Assembly (NCBI GenBank): GCA_965218695.1
Contig: OZ244651.1
Location: 736,001-800,000 of the forward strand
DNA: 64,000 nucleotides
Origin: Nitrosopumilus sp.
GTDB lineage: Archaea; Thermoproteota; Nitrososphaeria; Nitrososphaerales; Nitrosopumilaceae
Reading direction: 5' to 3'
The notes beneath the pieces are model-generated. The model was given only the letters and a program-made list of their open reading frames with translations. It was not told the origin of the DNA and did no database searches. How positions within the stretch are numbered: the first letter of the stretch is position 1; the number at the start of each line of letters is the position of its first letter. The position numbers were made by a program, and so were the translations under genes. Below, one piece after another: positions 31,025 through 42,158 of this stretch.

Positions 31025-32896
31025 TCAGCTCAGCCGCGGGACAAAGATGTAGATGATTGCAATGATCTCCAGCCTCCCAAAGATCATCAGGAATCCCAGG
31101 TATATCTTGGTTGCCGGATCCGTCTCCGAGTCGATGACTCCTGCCGAGAGTCCGCCCGTGGTGATGACCCCCACTGCCTCAAGGAACGCGTCCTGGTACG
31201 GCACGTCCCCTATGGCTGCAAGGTGTGCCCCCGTGACTGCCGAGATTATCAGAAAGAGCCCCAGTATGATGCTGCTGGATATGATCTCCTTTCTTGTCTG
31301 GTCATCAAGGCTGCTCCATCCGGATTTCGTAAGCACCCTGACTGCATCCCTAAAATGAAAGAGCCTGAATATCTTCAGTCCCCCGGCAGTGGAGAACCCG
31401 CAGCCTCCTATAATCATGAGGGTGACAAGTATCGACTGCGCCGACCCCCCCAGTCCTGCAAGGCTCTCCAACTGCAGGCCTGCAGTGGTGCTTGCAGATA
31501 CTGTTAGAAACGCGCCGTTCAGCGGGTCGGTGCCGGAGATGGCTATGAACAGGAGCAGTGCGCCGCACAGTATTGCAAAGTACGTCAGGACCTCCTTGCC
31601 AAGTTTTGGGGCAAGGAACTTTTTTCTTACAAATGCATAGTGGAATGTAAACGGCAGTGCGCCCAGGATCATCGCACCCATCAGCACCACGTACTCCTGC
31701 CACAGCAGGCCGTCAAGGATCGTCGATGACGGGACAAACCCCCCGGTGGCAAGCGTGCTCATTGCCAGCGAAAAGTAGTCAAGAAGGTCTCCCCTGCCAA
31801 GTACAAACAGCAAAAGTGCCACTATCACTATGTAAAGGGCAAAGATGACCGTGATGGTAAGGAAGAGCTCCTTCATGTGAAGCGTCTTTCCGGATATGAA
31901 CCCGCGCATGGACTGCAGCTTGGACTCGGGATAAAACGCAGTGATTACCAGGTATATGAAACTCATGCCCCCGACTAGCTGCGTGTAACTTCGATAGAAG
32001 GTAAAGCTCTGTTGGAGTTCCTCCGGATTCTCAAAGAGCGATATTCCTCCGGTGGTAAACCCTGCAGCGCTTGAAAAGAACGCGTTTCCAAACGTCTCCA
32101 CGGTGGTGGCGTCGTCGGGAAAGACGTACAGGTACGGCACGGTTCCAAAAAGCGACAGAAGAAAGAGGCTTGCAAAGACCAGGATGGATGCCTGCTGCAG
32201 GTTCAGGCTTGACTTTTCGCCATACGAGTTCAGAAAGAATCCCGTGACAAGCAAGAGTACAGTGGTCAGGTATATTCCGGCGGCAATGGTGGTATCCTCA
32301 AGCAGGGTTGCGACGATTGCAGGAACGAGCAGCAGGACGCCTGCAAACTGCAGCACAAAGCCAAGGTTGCCAAGCACCGCCTTGACCGGGGGGCTCAGGA
32401 GCCTTGGCGGGATTCCAATTGCATCCCTTATAGCATTTGCAATGGTTGCCTCAAAGATCATCCCGACGATCTCGTTCTTCTTTGAGAGGACCGGCAGTTT
32501 TTTGATATTGTTCTCCTTCATCTTGTCCAGTGCATCCTTGAGTGTGGATTTTTCATCGATTGTGATTAGCGGGGTGCTCATGAGCTCCTGCAGGACGGTG
32601 GTCTCGGCATAGACTGTCGCGTCGCTCACCTTGTTGAGGATGTCCTCGTCGGTGACGATTCCAATGGGTGTGCCCTGCTTGTCTGTGACTATGATGTCGT
32701 CCCTTTCATAACTGCCCAGCAGCCTGGTAGCCGTCCTTGTCAGCGTCCCCGAGGGCAACTTTAGTACGTCCTTGTCCATGTACTCCCTCACATGCTTGTT
32801 TCGGACATACGATATGGCCCGTTCCGGATTTGTAGACAACAGGGTATTCACAGTCGCGGATTTTAAATAATTTTGGGTTGGGGTGGCGTTGTCCAA
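31025..32896 (-). CDS. trkH: CBS-domain TrkH-family K+ uptake protein; native 5' end displaced by an IS
   Basis: Tandem CBS domains, pore motifs FTTGG, LATGGF, STTAG, ITTGG, and FGRLEI. Confidence 0.9.
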   Translation of the reverse strand: MDNATPTQNYLKSATVNTLLSTNPERAISYVRNKHVREYMDKDVLKLPSGTLTRTATRLLGSYERDDIIVTDKQGTPIGIVTDEDILNKVSDATVYAETTVLQELMSTPLITIDEKSTLKDALDKMKENNIKKLPVLSKKNEIVGMIFEATIANAIRDAIGIPPRLLSPPVKAVLGNLGFVLQFAGVLLLVPAIVATLLEDTTIAAGIYLTTVLLLVTGFFLNSYGEKSSLNLQQASILVFASLFLLSLFGTVPYLYVFPDDATTVETFGNAFFSSAAGFTTGGISLFENPEELQQSFTFYRSYTQLVGGMSFIYLVITAFYPESKLQSMRGFISGKTLHMKELFLTITVIFALYIVIVALLLFVLGRGDLLDYFSLAMSTLATGGFVPSSTILDGLLWQEYVVLMGAMILGALPFTFHYAFVRKKFLAPKLGKEVLTYFAILCGALLLFIAISGTDPLNGAFLTVSASTTAGLQLESLAGLGGSAQSILVTLMIIGGCGFSTAGGLKIFRLFHFRDAVRVLTKSGWSSLDDQTRKEIISSSIILGLFLIISAVTGAHLAAIGDVPYQDAFLEAVGVITTGGLSAGVIDSETDPATKIYLGFLMIFGRLEIIAIIYIFVPRLS

Positions 32897-34103
32897 ATCT
32901 TAGTTCTACAGACCCGTTTGCTGTCCATTTACACGTGCTTTATTGGTTCTGATTCTGCCAATTTGATGGAATTTTCCTGCGGCCGGAGCATGACGGGCGC
33001 ATTTTGTGTCAAAACCGTACCGTGGCGCATAGCACGCGCTAGGCACACGACGCGTATTTTTTGCACCATTCTGTCACGACAGCAGGTTGTAGCAGACGCA
33101 CCTGAGCAGCAGCTGCAGCCTTTGGGCCGGCAGCATCTTGGCGCGGACCACGGCAGTGAACCTGCACTTGAACGACGAGAACACCGATTCCACTATGCTG
33201 CGCCTGTGGTACGTCCTTTCAAACTCTTCGGGGTTGTTTTCCTGCCACCTGATCATCTCCGCCCTCGGACCGAATCCGCGCGCGACGTGATTCTTGCGGG
33301 TGCAGATCACGGGCTTCCTGCCCGAGTCGCGGATCATCTCGTAGTTCTTGACCGCGTCATACCCTGCATCAAGCATCACGCACCCTGTGCCGTCCGGAAC
33401 ATTCCCGAACATCTCCCGGAACACCGGCGAGTCGTGTGTGCGCCCCCTGGTGACTGCGCACGAGACGATCTTCCTTCCCCCGGCGTCAACTACCACGTGC
33501 AGCTTGACGAATTCGCGCCTGGAGATGAGCCCCCTCTTGGCGTCCTCCCAGTCTGCGTACTGGTTTATGGCGATCCCCGTGGAGTCGCCCAGAAGGGAGC
33601 CGCGCGCGTGGGATCCTGCCTGCCTTTCAATTATTTCGTGCAGCCCGTCGTAACCTGATATTATGGTGGCCGCATGGTGCAGGCAGGATTTTGATGGAAC
33701 GGTTTTTAATCCGTACATGCGCAGTGTTCCCTGATGTGTCTGCAGATACGAGACATGTCTACGGTATGAATGGCAGCGGAACTCCCGGTCTGCAAGGCAT
33801 ACCATGTATGGGATCATGCGCGCCATGCCGGGGACGGCAGGCGAACAGATCTCAGACAGCAGGGCGGCGAGGGCCTTGATTCGTAATCTCGTTACGCGGC
33901 CCTCACCCCTTCTCCTCGTCTCGTATTCCTTGTAGTATCCGGCAGGACGTTCCCATTTCTTATCCTCGACACTCTTGCTTTTGCAGCGTTTCTTGCCTTT
34001 GCCGTATTTCGTGTTTGTATCGCGTTTTTTGTTCATTAAGCGGCGCGCGATCCGCGATCTTTAAGCTTTTCGTCGATTTTCTACCCCGGATTTGGACAAC
34101 GCC
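32885..34103 (-). mobile_element. IS5-like insertion sequence in the 5' end of trkH
   Basis: IR GGCGTTGTCCAAATC; 9-bp TSD GGTTGGGGT (32876-32884, 34104-34112). Confidence 0.93.
33074..34036 (-). CDS. IS5-like DDE transposase
   Basis: GDSTG, FVKLHVVVD, LDAGYD, YHRRSIVESVFS. Confidence 0.92.
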   Translation of the reverse strand: MNKKRDTNTKYGKGKKRCKSKSVEDKKWERPAGYYKEYETRRRGEGRVTRLRIKALAALLSEICSPAVPGMARMIPYMVCLADREFRCHSYRRHVSYLQTHQGTLRMYGLKTVPSKSCLHHAATIISGYDGLHEIIERQAGSHARGSLLGDSTGIAINQYADWEDAKRGLISRREFVKLHVVVDAGGRKIVSCAVTRGRTHDSPVFREMFGNVPDGTGCVMLDAGYDAVKNYEMIRDSGRKPVICTRKNHVARGFGPRAEMIRWQENNPEEFERTYHRRSIVESVFSSFKCRFTAVVRAKMLPAQRLQLLLRCVCYNLLS

Positions 34104-34580
34104 GGTTGGGGTAGTTTGTTGTGCAACTCGACAACGTAGACCCAACACGCCTGGTTCTTCGATGCGATCTAGGCACGAATGGATGCCGTCCTCCGGTGGA
34201 TCTGTGGGTAATTCGTGCTGCTCAGGCGATGCCGGCCGCCCTACCTCAAAGGAATACTAGCGGCTGAATACGGTGCCGTATCTTGATCTTGCAGATGCCG
34301 CGACTATCAGTCCCGTCGCAGCGACCAAGACCACGATCGCTATCGCGCCAAACTCCGGAATCACAAAGGTCCCAATCACCTCGATCTCCCCTGTGCCGGA
34401 CGGAAATTCAACGGTAAGCAATCTCGTTGTTGGGGATGCGGTCTCGTCAAAGCCTGTCTCTTCGCCGTCGACTAGAACGATGTAATCGCCGTCCCGGACT
34501 TCGGAGCCGATCCTGCCGAATTGGAGCATGCCCTCGGGAATTCTAAAGTCCCCTGCCTCGTCTACCGTCTTGGAATCTGC

Positions 34581-36106
34581 GTAAGTGTTCACGTCGTGCC
34601 TAATTCAGTTCACTCTTGGGTAAATTTTGTGCAAACCACAGATCCAAATAGGATGGTAATCCAAACCCGATGTGAAAAGCCAGGCTGAACTCAAAAAGAT
34701 GTACACGGATCTCAAGACTGAGAACATCAAGCTCAAGCAGACGATTGAGATGCAAGGGCAGATAATTGAGGAATTGAATCTGGCAGTTGCTGATCTTAAG
34801 CGCAGGCTGGTGCGGCATGACAATTACAACACCCCGTCATCACAAAAAAGGGGGCCCGGATGGCCTGACACAAAGGGAAAAGGCGACGAAAAGAATGCCT
34901 ACAATAAATCCACAAAAGCCTCCCGGGATCAAAAGGACCGCGTGGATGCGGCCGGCAGCGGGAAGTCGCGCGGGGGGCAAAAAGGCCACATGGGCCGCAC
35001 CCGCAAGCCAAAACCCACCGAGTTTGAGGAACACACCCCGGAGGCCTGCCCCGAATGCGGCTCGGGTAGCCTTTCCATAGTGCAGTCAGAAAAACGCGAC
35101 ATTACCAAGGTGGAGCGCACGATAAAGGTCATCACCACGCGCCACACCATAAACACGTGTCGCTGCTCCTGCGGTCTGGTGGACATCAAGCCCGAGACCG
35201 GCCTTCCAGACAAGGGCAGCTACGATCCGAGCATAACGACTGATGTTGCAGACGATTACGTGTGTCGCATGCCGTTTAGGATGATCGCAGACCGCATGTC
35301 GCGGTACGGAATTACACTCTCCTCGGGCACGGCGCACAACATAATGCGCAGGCTGGGAACGTCGCTGGGCGCCCCTGCGGCAGCCATTGCCGCCATGATA
35401 CGCAAGGCCAAGATACTGCACGCCGACGAGACATCGATTCACCTAAACGGCCGCAACGTCTGGGTGTGGATACTGCACGATCCGCTGACCGGGCACGCGC
35501 TGTACGTGATACGGGACAGCCGGGGGGCAAAGGTTCTGAAAGAAGCGCTTGGGGGTTGGGACGGCACGTTAGTGTGCGACGGCTGGACGGCGTACGGAAA
35601 ATACCGCGTCCAGCGCTGCTGGTCGCACATAATACGCGAGGCCAGGGACATCTGCAACCGCAATCCGGACTGCCCAGGCGCGCGCAACGTCCTGAAGCAC
35701 CTGCGCATAATCTATGATTATGCCAGAAGGGCAAGCAGGAAACGCTCGCGCTCTCTCCGGGACAACGCGTCTGCCATGCTGACGTCATGCATCGAAAAGA
35801 TCGTTGCAAGGTACGCCGACGATCCAATATTGGAAAAATTCATGGTCAAGATCAGCAATGCTGGCAGCGACCTGTTCCGGTTCGTGCTGAACCCAAAGAT
35901 CCCGCCTACAAACAATGCTGCAGAACGCGGGTTGCGCGAGATAGTCGTGCACAGAAAAATACGGGGCAGCATAAGGGCAGAGGAGACGATGACGTGGATG
36001 GCGAATTTCTTTTCATGTGTAATGACATGGAAAAACAAGAAATTGGATTACTTGGCGGAGATTGCAAAATACGCCTAAAAATGAGTTAAACCACGTGAAC
36101 ACTTAC
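34581..36106 (+). mobile_element. IS66-family insertion sequence
   Basis: IR GTAAGTGTTCACGT; 8-bp TSD GAATCTGC (34573-34580, 36107-36114). Confidence 0.95.
34672..36078 (+). CDS. IS66-family transposase (TnpC)
   Basis: Coiled coil, GGQKGH, CPECG, HADETS, VCDGW, QRCWSH, PTNNAAERGLR. Confidence 0.95.
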   Translation: MKSQAELKKMYTDLKTENIKLKQTIEMQGQIIEELNLAVADLKRRLVRHDNYNTPSSQKRGPGWPDTKGKGDEKNAYNKSTKASRDQKDRVDAAGSGKSRGGQKGHMGRTRKPKPTEFEEHTPEACPECGSGSLSIVQSEKRDITKVERTIKVITTRHTINTCRCSCGLVDIKPETGLPDKGSYDPSITTDVADDYVCRMPFRMIADRMSRYGITLSSGTAHNIMRRLGTSLGAPAAAIAAMIRKAKILHADETSIHLNGRNVWVWILHDPLTGHALYVIRDSRGAKVLKEALGGWDGTLVCDGWTAYGKYRVQRCWSHIIREARDICNRNPDCPGARNVLKHLRIIYDYARRASRKRSRSLRDNASAMLTSCIEKIVARYADDPILEKFMVKISNAGSDLFRFVLNPKIPPTNNAAERGLREIVVHRKIRGSIRAEETMTWMANFFSCVMTWKNKKLDYLAEIAKYA

Positions 36107-38083
36107 GAATCTGCCACCGTTCTAGGTATGGCAAGCGTCAGCGACCCGCCTTCCCCTGCGGCGATCCTTGCGATCAGCGAGTTGGAGTCCATGTCGGGCG
36201 TGACGCTTAGCAGCTCGCCGCCTGTAATCTCGTACCTGACGGCGGTTTTTGTGTCTCCCGCCTCGATGACGCCGTCTGGCATGTAAACCTCCGGCACCGA
36301 CACAGCCGTGGTGCCGCTTGGATCGCCTGACAGCGGAACGATCCGGATGATTCTGTCGTCGGTGGGAATCGCAGGGCCCCTGCCGTCGCGGTTACTTGTA
36401 AGGAGGTACAGGAACCCATCAGGTCCAGTCTGCACATCCCGCAGCCTCCCAAACTCGTCTTGGAAGAGTTTGCCGTGGGATACGACCTCGTTGTTTGACA
36501 GATCAAAATCAATGACGTGCAGGTGGCTTCCCCTCAGAGTGCCGACAAAGTACTTTCCGGTCCATTCCGGGATCTTGTCCCCGTCGTAGAATTCTGCTCC
36601 CGACGGCGCCCACGTGTCGTTTCCACTGTGGATGACAGCCTTCTGCATGCCTTCTGCAGTCTCGTCTCCTATGATGATGGGCCAGCCGTAGTTTGCGCCT
36701 GGCATGATGAGGTTGACCTCGTCGTGCGCCACCCCCCTCCATCCGGACGGCCCGTGCTCGGTTGCAACCAGATTGCCCGACGCGTCCCAGTCCATTCCCT
36801 GCGGGTTCCTGTGCCCCAGCGACCAGACCGGGGAGCCGGCAAACGGGTTGTCTTCTGGTATCGATCCGTCGGAATTTATTCTGAGGATCTTTCCGGCAAG
36901 GGAGTCTAGATCCTGTGCCTGTTCCGACACTCCGCCGTCGCCGGTAGCTATGTAGAGTCTTCCGTCGGGTCCAAACTGCATCCTTCCGCCATCGTGGAAC
37001 GCCCCGCCCGGAACCTCGTCAAGCAGCACCTTGTCCTCTGTGACCACGCCGTCAATAAACTGGTAGCGTACCGCCTTGTTTGCGTTGGAAGTGGAGCCGG
37101 ACGAGTCGTAGGTGTAGTACAGGTAGATGTAGTTGTTCTCGTTGAAGTCGGGATCAACTGCAAGTCCCAGCAGTCCGCCCTCTATCGTATTGGCGCGGAT
37201 CGAAAGCAGCGGCTCGGGCAGAAGCATCCCGTCCTGGACTGCCCTGAGGTCTCCTCCCCTCTCGGTAAACAGGAGTGTTCCGTCCGGGGTCCAGTCAACG
37301 CTCCATGGAACGACAAGGTTCTCTGCTACGATCTCCGCTCTGACGCCAAGATCTGGGTACAGCGAAGACAGGAGGGCTTCGGGGAGTGGCTCTCCGAAGG
37401 ATGACGTCTCAGGGGTCGTCTGCAGGCGAACGGGTTCTGGCAGATCAAGAAGATCGTGAATTTGAGAGCGGTCAACTGCCGCGGCGCTTATGATTCTTGC
37501 CTGATCCGGATCGAGCGGTATCGCCCTGGCCCCGATGGGGGTGGATGCAATACGGTCCAAGGTCTGGAAGCTCCCTTCTGTTGCGAGCCTTCCAAACACG
37601 GTATACTGCCCGTTAAGGAAGTTTGACTCCCTATCCAGGATGAAGAATTGGGAACTGGCACTGCCAGGATCCGCGGATCTTGTCATGGAGACTATTCCGC
37701 GGTGGTGCCTAATGTCATTAAATTCTCCGGCAATCTTTTTGTCGGCACCGCCTGCTCCCCAAGTGCTCGGATCGCCGTCAACCGTGTTTGGGTCTCCGCC
37801 CTAAATCAGAAAGTTGGATATGACCCTGTGAAAGACTGTACCGTCATAGAACCCAGAGTTGGCCAGCTCGATAAAATTGTCGACATGGTTTGGCGCGTCT
37901 TCATAGAATAGCTCGATTACGATGTTGCCCTGGCTGGTTTCTAATACGACCACCTTTTCGTCAGTGTCGGCGGCTGCATGGCCCACGGCAGCTGGGAGAA
38001 ACAGAATCGTGCGCAGCGCTATCCATTGTGTTCGGCGCACGCATTATAGGGAGTGAAGAACTATTAAAATAAGAGGGTCAAGT

Positions 38084-39383
38084 CAGTAGTCGGAAATTTA
38101 CCCCTTAGGCAGGTCCCCCGACATCATACGGTTGACCCACAATCCTACATAATTCCAATGCAGCCATGGCCGCAGCATATGCGACAAGCGCCAGAGTCAC
38201 CCGATCATAACTCGAATCCGCACGGTACTGCTCCACTGCCCACGTGTTGTACATGAACAGCGAGACGTAAAACATGATTGCCCTAAACGACGCATTGCGG
38301 CTTGTCGTCCTCGGACGCACCTGCTCTACCTGCTTGTATCCTGTCTCTATCCCCCACCTTCTCCTGTACTCCTCTGGAAGCGTCTCAATCTCGTCTAGCG
38401 CCCTGGCAGGGGAAAGGTTGGTGGCAAAGACATGGTATCTTTCCGTGGCATCGGCATCAGGATCGTCTATCTTTTTTGAGGGCGTGATTATCAACGTGAA
38501 TGTAACAGACTGGCCTGCTGCGTTTCTGAGGGTGTACCGTGAGACTGCCCTGCGTGATTTATCGTGGTGCTCCCGTATCGCCCTCTTCATCCCCACGTTC
38601 TTGACTGCCGGCATCAGGAACTTGCGCCTTTGTTCGGATACAAGCCTGATTATCTCAGTCGAGTAAAACTCGCGGTCCATCAGCAGCAGCCGGGCCCGTA
38701 TCCTGTAATCCCTGAGTTTTTGCATGAATTTACGCACAAAATCGGCGTTGTCCACGCTGCGCGTGACCTGCATGCACTCCAAAATGGCCGGAACCTGCTC
38801 TGCTACCACGTGCATTGTCGCATAGCACTCGAACCTGCCTGTACCGCCCTTTGGTTTGGACCATATCAGGTGTGACATGTTGTCCTTGTCGTGCCTTGGT
38901 ATCAGGTGCTTGTCTATTGCCACCAGTACGCCTCCCTTGTACCGGCACGTATTCTTGGCAAGCCTTGCGGTGCGTGTGAGCATGTCCCTGCAGAGTTCGT
39001 CTGCACCGTCTGATTCTAGCGAGTTTACCATGTTGCGAAACCACTTGGGTGACGGCATCTTCTTTTTGGCATGCTTGAGCAGCCTGATTGCCTCCTCGGA
39101 GGCTATGTTGGATTCAGACATCTTCATCAGTATGGCTGCAAACTCGCCCACCCCGTATTGGGCATTGTTCCCAGTAGGGAATCCTATGGGTGCAGACCAC
39201 AGTATTCCTGACAAGGTATTAAGCATCCTTTCTCCGATCTTGTTACGGTGTACCTGCCCACCTTTTTGCGCAAACACTAGGGTGGGCAAGGACGCCGTAG
39301 ATAATAGATCCGTATGCTCGAAAAATGTTAACACGTCTGCGAACATCTGTTGGATGGCTTAGAGGGTAAATTTCCGACTACTG
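38084..39383 (-). mobile_element. ISH3-family (IS4-like) insertion sequence
   Basis: 20-bp IR CAGTAGTCGGAAATTTACCC; 5-bp TSD CAAGT. Confidence 0.92.
38105..39346 (-). CDS. ISH3-family transposase
   Basis: VAIDKH, LMDREFY, YRRRWGIETGY. Confidence 0.9.
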   Translation of the reverse strand: MFADVLTFFEHTDLLSTASLPTLVFAQKGGQVHRNKIGERMLNTLSGILWSAPIGFPTGNNAQYGVGEFAAILMKMSESNIASEEAIRLLKHAKKKMPSPKWFRNMVNSLESDGADELCRDMLTRTARLAKNTCRYKGGVLVAIDKHLIPRHDKDNMSHLIWSKPKGGTGRFECYATMHVVAEQVPAILECMQVTRSVDNADFVRKFMQKLRDYRIRARLLLMDREFYSTEIIRLVSEQRRKFLMPAVKNVGMKRAIREHHDKSRRAVSRYTLRNAAGQSVTFTLIITPSKKIDDPDADATERYHVFATNLSPARALDEIETLPEEYRRRWGIETGYKQVEQVRPRTTSRNASFRAIMFYVSLFMYNTWAVEQYRADSSYDRVTLALVAYAAAMAALELCRIVGQPYDVGGPA

Positions 39384-39489
39384 CAAGTAGCCTGCTGCAC
39401 AATCCCGCCTGCCATGTTACAGTGAACAGTACCCCTCAACACACATCCAGACCGAAAAAGCTAAAGATCATGAGAACCAAGGCATCTTG

Positions 39490-40472
39490 GTGAAGACCGA
39501 CAATGAAAAATACATCAGGCGCGGTCAGGCATTAATTATTCACGATGACCCGGAGAGGCGCACCTAGGTCAAAGAGGCCAACCGCCACAAGGTCGGGGCT
39601 CCTTTCCGGTATGCCGACTCGCTCTTTGCATCCCTGGCGGCAGTAAAATCGATGATCCACATCCCCTACAGGAACCTGATGGGCATGATCCTGGAGTTAT
39701 TCCAAGATGGGGAGGAGGTGCCCCACTACACCGCCATCTTCAGAAGGATCCAGTCCCTGGACGTCCAGAGGAGCGGCGGGATCATCACAGTTGCCGGCAG
39801 CAACGGTGCCAGAATCCGGTTTGCAGTGGATTCCACGGGCCTCAAGCAGCACAACAGGGGGGAGTGGATACTGCAAAAGTGGAAGGTAAGACGCGGATTC
39901 GTAAAGATGCATGTTCTGGTGGACGTGGATACAAGAAGGATGCTGGCAGTCAGGATTACTGATGACCGGACAGGGGACTCGCCCATGTTCGTTCCGCTGC
40001 TTGATGACGCCCTGGAGAATTGCGTACAGGAAGACCCGCCGCCAGAGCCCACCCGTGCGGACGGTTCTGCGGAACGCTGCATCTATGGGGATGGCGCTTA
40101 CGCCTCCAGGGACAACCTAAAGGCATGCAGGGAGCGCAACGTGACCCCGCTCATCAAACTCAAGGCAAGCTCCACCCCGAATGGAAAAGGCGCAGGTGAC
40201 GTGTGGGGCACGTCGGTCCGGGAGCAGTTTGGCGGCCCTGATCCCAATCGGGTGAAATGGTTGCCCGATGATGAAAAGAAGAGTAATCAAAAAGAGTGGA
40301 AGGAGAGGGTCGGATATTGCAAGGGTGGATAGTGGAGATTGTGTTTTCTGCATTCAAGAGGATGTTCGGGGAGCACCTGTACTCGTTGAAATGGAAGAAC
40401 ATGATCCAGGAGGTCAACCTCAAGGTGGCCGCCTACAACAAACTGATAGACATGGGGGCGGGGGCAACGTAG
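39490..40472 (+). pseudogene. Degenerate IS5-family (IS903-like) transposase
   Basis: VDSTGLK, FVKMHVLVD, GDGAY. In-frame TAG at 39565 and a frameshift near 40325. Paralog of 50683-51840. Confidence 0.85.
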
Positions 40473-40799
40473 AGTCTGGCGAATCCTGTACAAGTCTTGG
40501 CTGGCCAAGTTGAATTATGCATCTATGTAACCCATCCCCGGACTTATCCAGGTTTTGCGTCCAGCTTGTCATTTTGGGTGTGTTTTTTGTCTTCTTAAGC
40601 GTTACCTGCATGCAGAATCCTGCCAGATCCACAGAAAACGTGGCTTGTTGCCCCGCGGAGTGACATGCATAATCCCTTCCGGGGGGTCTGGGGGGCTGGC
40701 CCCCCAGCATTCATGTAGAAACATCCCACAATTCCCACAATTCGTACACAGCATCCGCTAGGGCCGGCACTGCATTTACTGACACCGCCGGTTCCGCGT

Positions 40800-41879
40800 C
40801 TACGCCTCCTTCATGACTTGTCTGATCTTGGCGCGGTACAGCTTTTCGTTTCTGTCCTCGTACAGGTTGTCTTCTGTCAGCATGTGCCAGATGATCGTCA
40901 GCATCTTGTTTGCGACGTGCGTTATGGCGATGTTGTGCCTGTGCCTCTTCATGAGGCGCTCGTAGTATGCCTTCATCCTCGGGTCGTGCCTCACTGCCAC
41001 CAGCGCGCACTGGACCATGACCCAGTTGACCTTCCGGTTCGAATCCTTCTTCATCCTGCCGTGGTATGACGTGTCGCCTGACTGGTGGAGCGTCGGGCAC
41101 ATGCCCGCCCAGGACACGAACTTTTTCGGGTTCCCGAACCTTGCGATGGTGTCAATCTCTGCTGCCAGTAGTGCTGCAGAAAACGCGTCCATCCCGGTAA
41201 TGCTCATCAGTATCTTCGGGCTGTGGGCGTCGCGGACGTAGCGCCTGATCTCGTTTTCGGTCTTTTTTATCTCGTCGTTGTAGTGCCGTATCTTGGCTAT
41301 GCAGCGGTCCAGGACGAACCTGTCATGGGGACTCTCCACGTCGGCTTCTTCAAGGTACGCCAGGACCCTTTTGGTCCAGACGTTTTTCCCGCCGTCCTTC
41401 GGGTTCACGTCATACTTGTCAGTCAGCGTGTGCACGAAGTTTATCGCCCTGGTCCTGTCCTGCACCAGGCGGATCTGGTACCTGAGGATCTGTTTTATCC
41501 CCCTGGATTCGGCCGAACCAATATGGCAGGCGGGAATCAGGTTGGATCTTAGCAGGTGGGCAAGCGTTCTTGCGTCGATGGTGTCGTTTTTTATGCTGGC
41601 AGACGCGATTGCCTTGATCTTGAACGGGTTTGCAAGGTCGATGGGGATTCCCACGCGTTCAAAGGCATCGATGGTCTTTATCCAGTGGTTCCCTGTGGAC
41701 TCGCAGACTGCCCTGCATCCACCGTGTCTGGCCCTTGCGGACGTGGCAAACTCTAGCGCGTCCTTGGCCGTGTTGTCATACGATGACTCTTCGAGGATCA
41801 CCCCGTCGTGTTCCATCACGCATGCCACGCATTTCCTTTTTCCTATGTCGATTCCAATACTCTTTTCTATTTCTCTCAC
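40800..41879 (-). CDS. IS110-family DEDD recombinase/transposase
   Basis: IGIDIGK, VCESTG, KNDTIDA, AEIDTIARF, WAGMCPTLHQSG. Start placed at GTG 41879 (uncertain). Confidence 0.93.
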   Translation of the reverse strand: MREIEKSIGIDIGKRKCVACVMEHDGVILEESSYDNTAKDALEFATSARARHGGCRAVCESTGNHWIKTIDAFERVGIPIDLANPFKIKAIASASIKNDTIDARTLAHLLRSNLIPACHIGSAESRGIKQILRYQIRLVQDRTRAINFVHTLTDKYDVNPKDGGKNVWTKRVLAYLEEADVESPHDRFVLDRCIAKIRHYNDEIKKTENEIRRYVRDAHSPKILMSITGMDAFSAALLAAEIDTIARFGNPKKFVSWAGMCPTLHQSGDTSYHGRMKKDSNRKVNWVMVQCALVAVRHDPRMKAYYERLMKRHRHNIAITHVANKMLTIIWHMLTEDNLYEDRNEKLYRAKIRQVMKEA

Positions 41880-42043
41880 CTCCTTTCCGTGTGTGACAGG
41901 CTGGAAGCTGCATGCATCTATCAGGACTCGAAGTCCAGTAACCCAGCAGCTCGGATAGCCCCATTCAACAGGAAGGCCTTGACGACCATGCATAATTAGG
42001 GGTCAGCCCGTCACACACGGTGAGTGGGTCGGGTTATCATGTA
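41880..42043 (-). ncRNA. Candidate IS110 bridge/seek-type RNA in the 5' non-coding end
   Basis: 16/17-bp stem (41887-41903 with 42004-42020) enclosing about 100 nt directly upstream of the recombinase. Confidence 0.5.
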
Positions 42044-42158
42044 TTCAACGGGCTAGGTTGGGACAGTCCGTGGCGCCATGCAGTGCATGGGTTTGTGTCT
42101 GGACTGGATGTTTCTGGGCATGAATTATGCTTATAAGCATTGGAGATGGAATTCTGTC

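Larger units (their letters stand above)
34257..38040 (-). pseudogene. Secreted cyclophilin PPIase + PQQ glucose/sorbosone dehydrogenase + PEFG-CTERM fusion; nonsense codon and IS66 insertion
   Basis: FYDGTVFHRVISNFLI*GGDP (TAG at 37801-37803), SSQFFI, FHDGGRMQFGPDG, GHRNPQG, VIPEFG + TM. Rejoins in frame across the IS66 TSD. Confidence 0.88.

Noticed and set aside
37801-37803. In-frame TAG (also 39565) as pyrrolysine/recoding
   Set aside because: Both genes carry additional lesions, and TAG terminates normal genes here (e.g. rpl22). Simple nonsense mutations are more likely.
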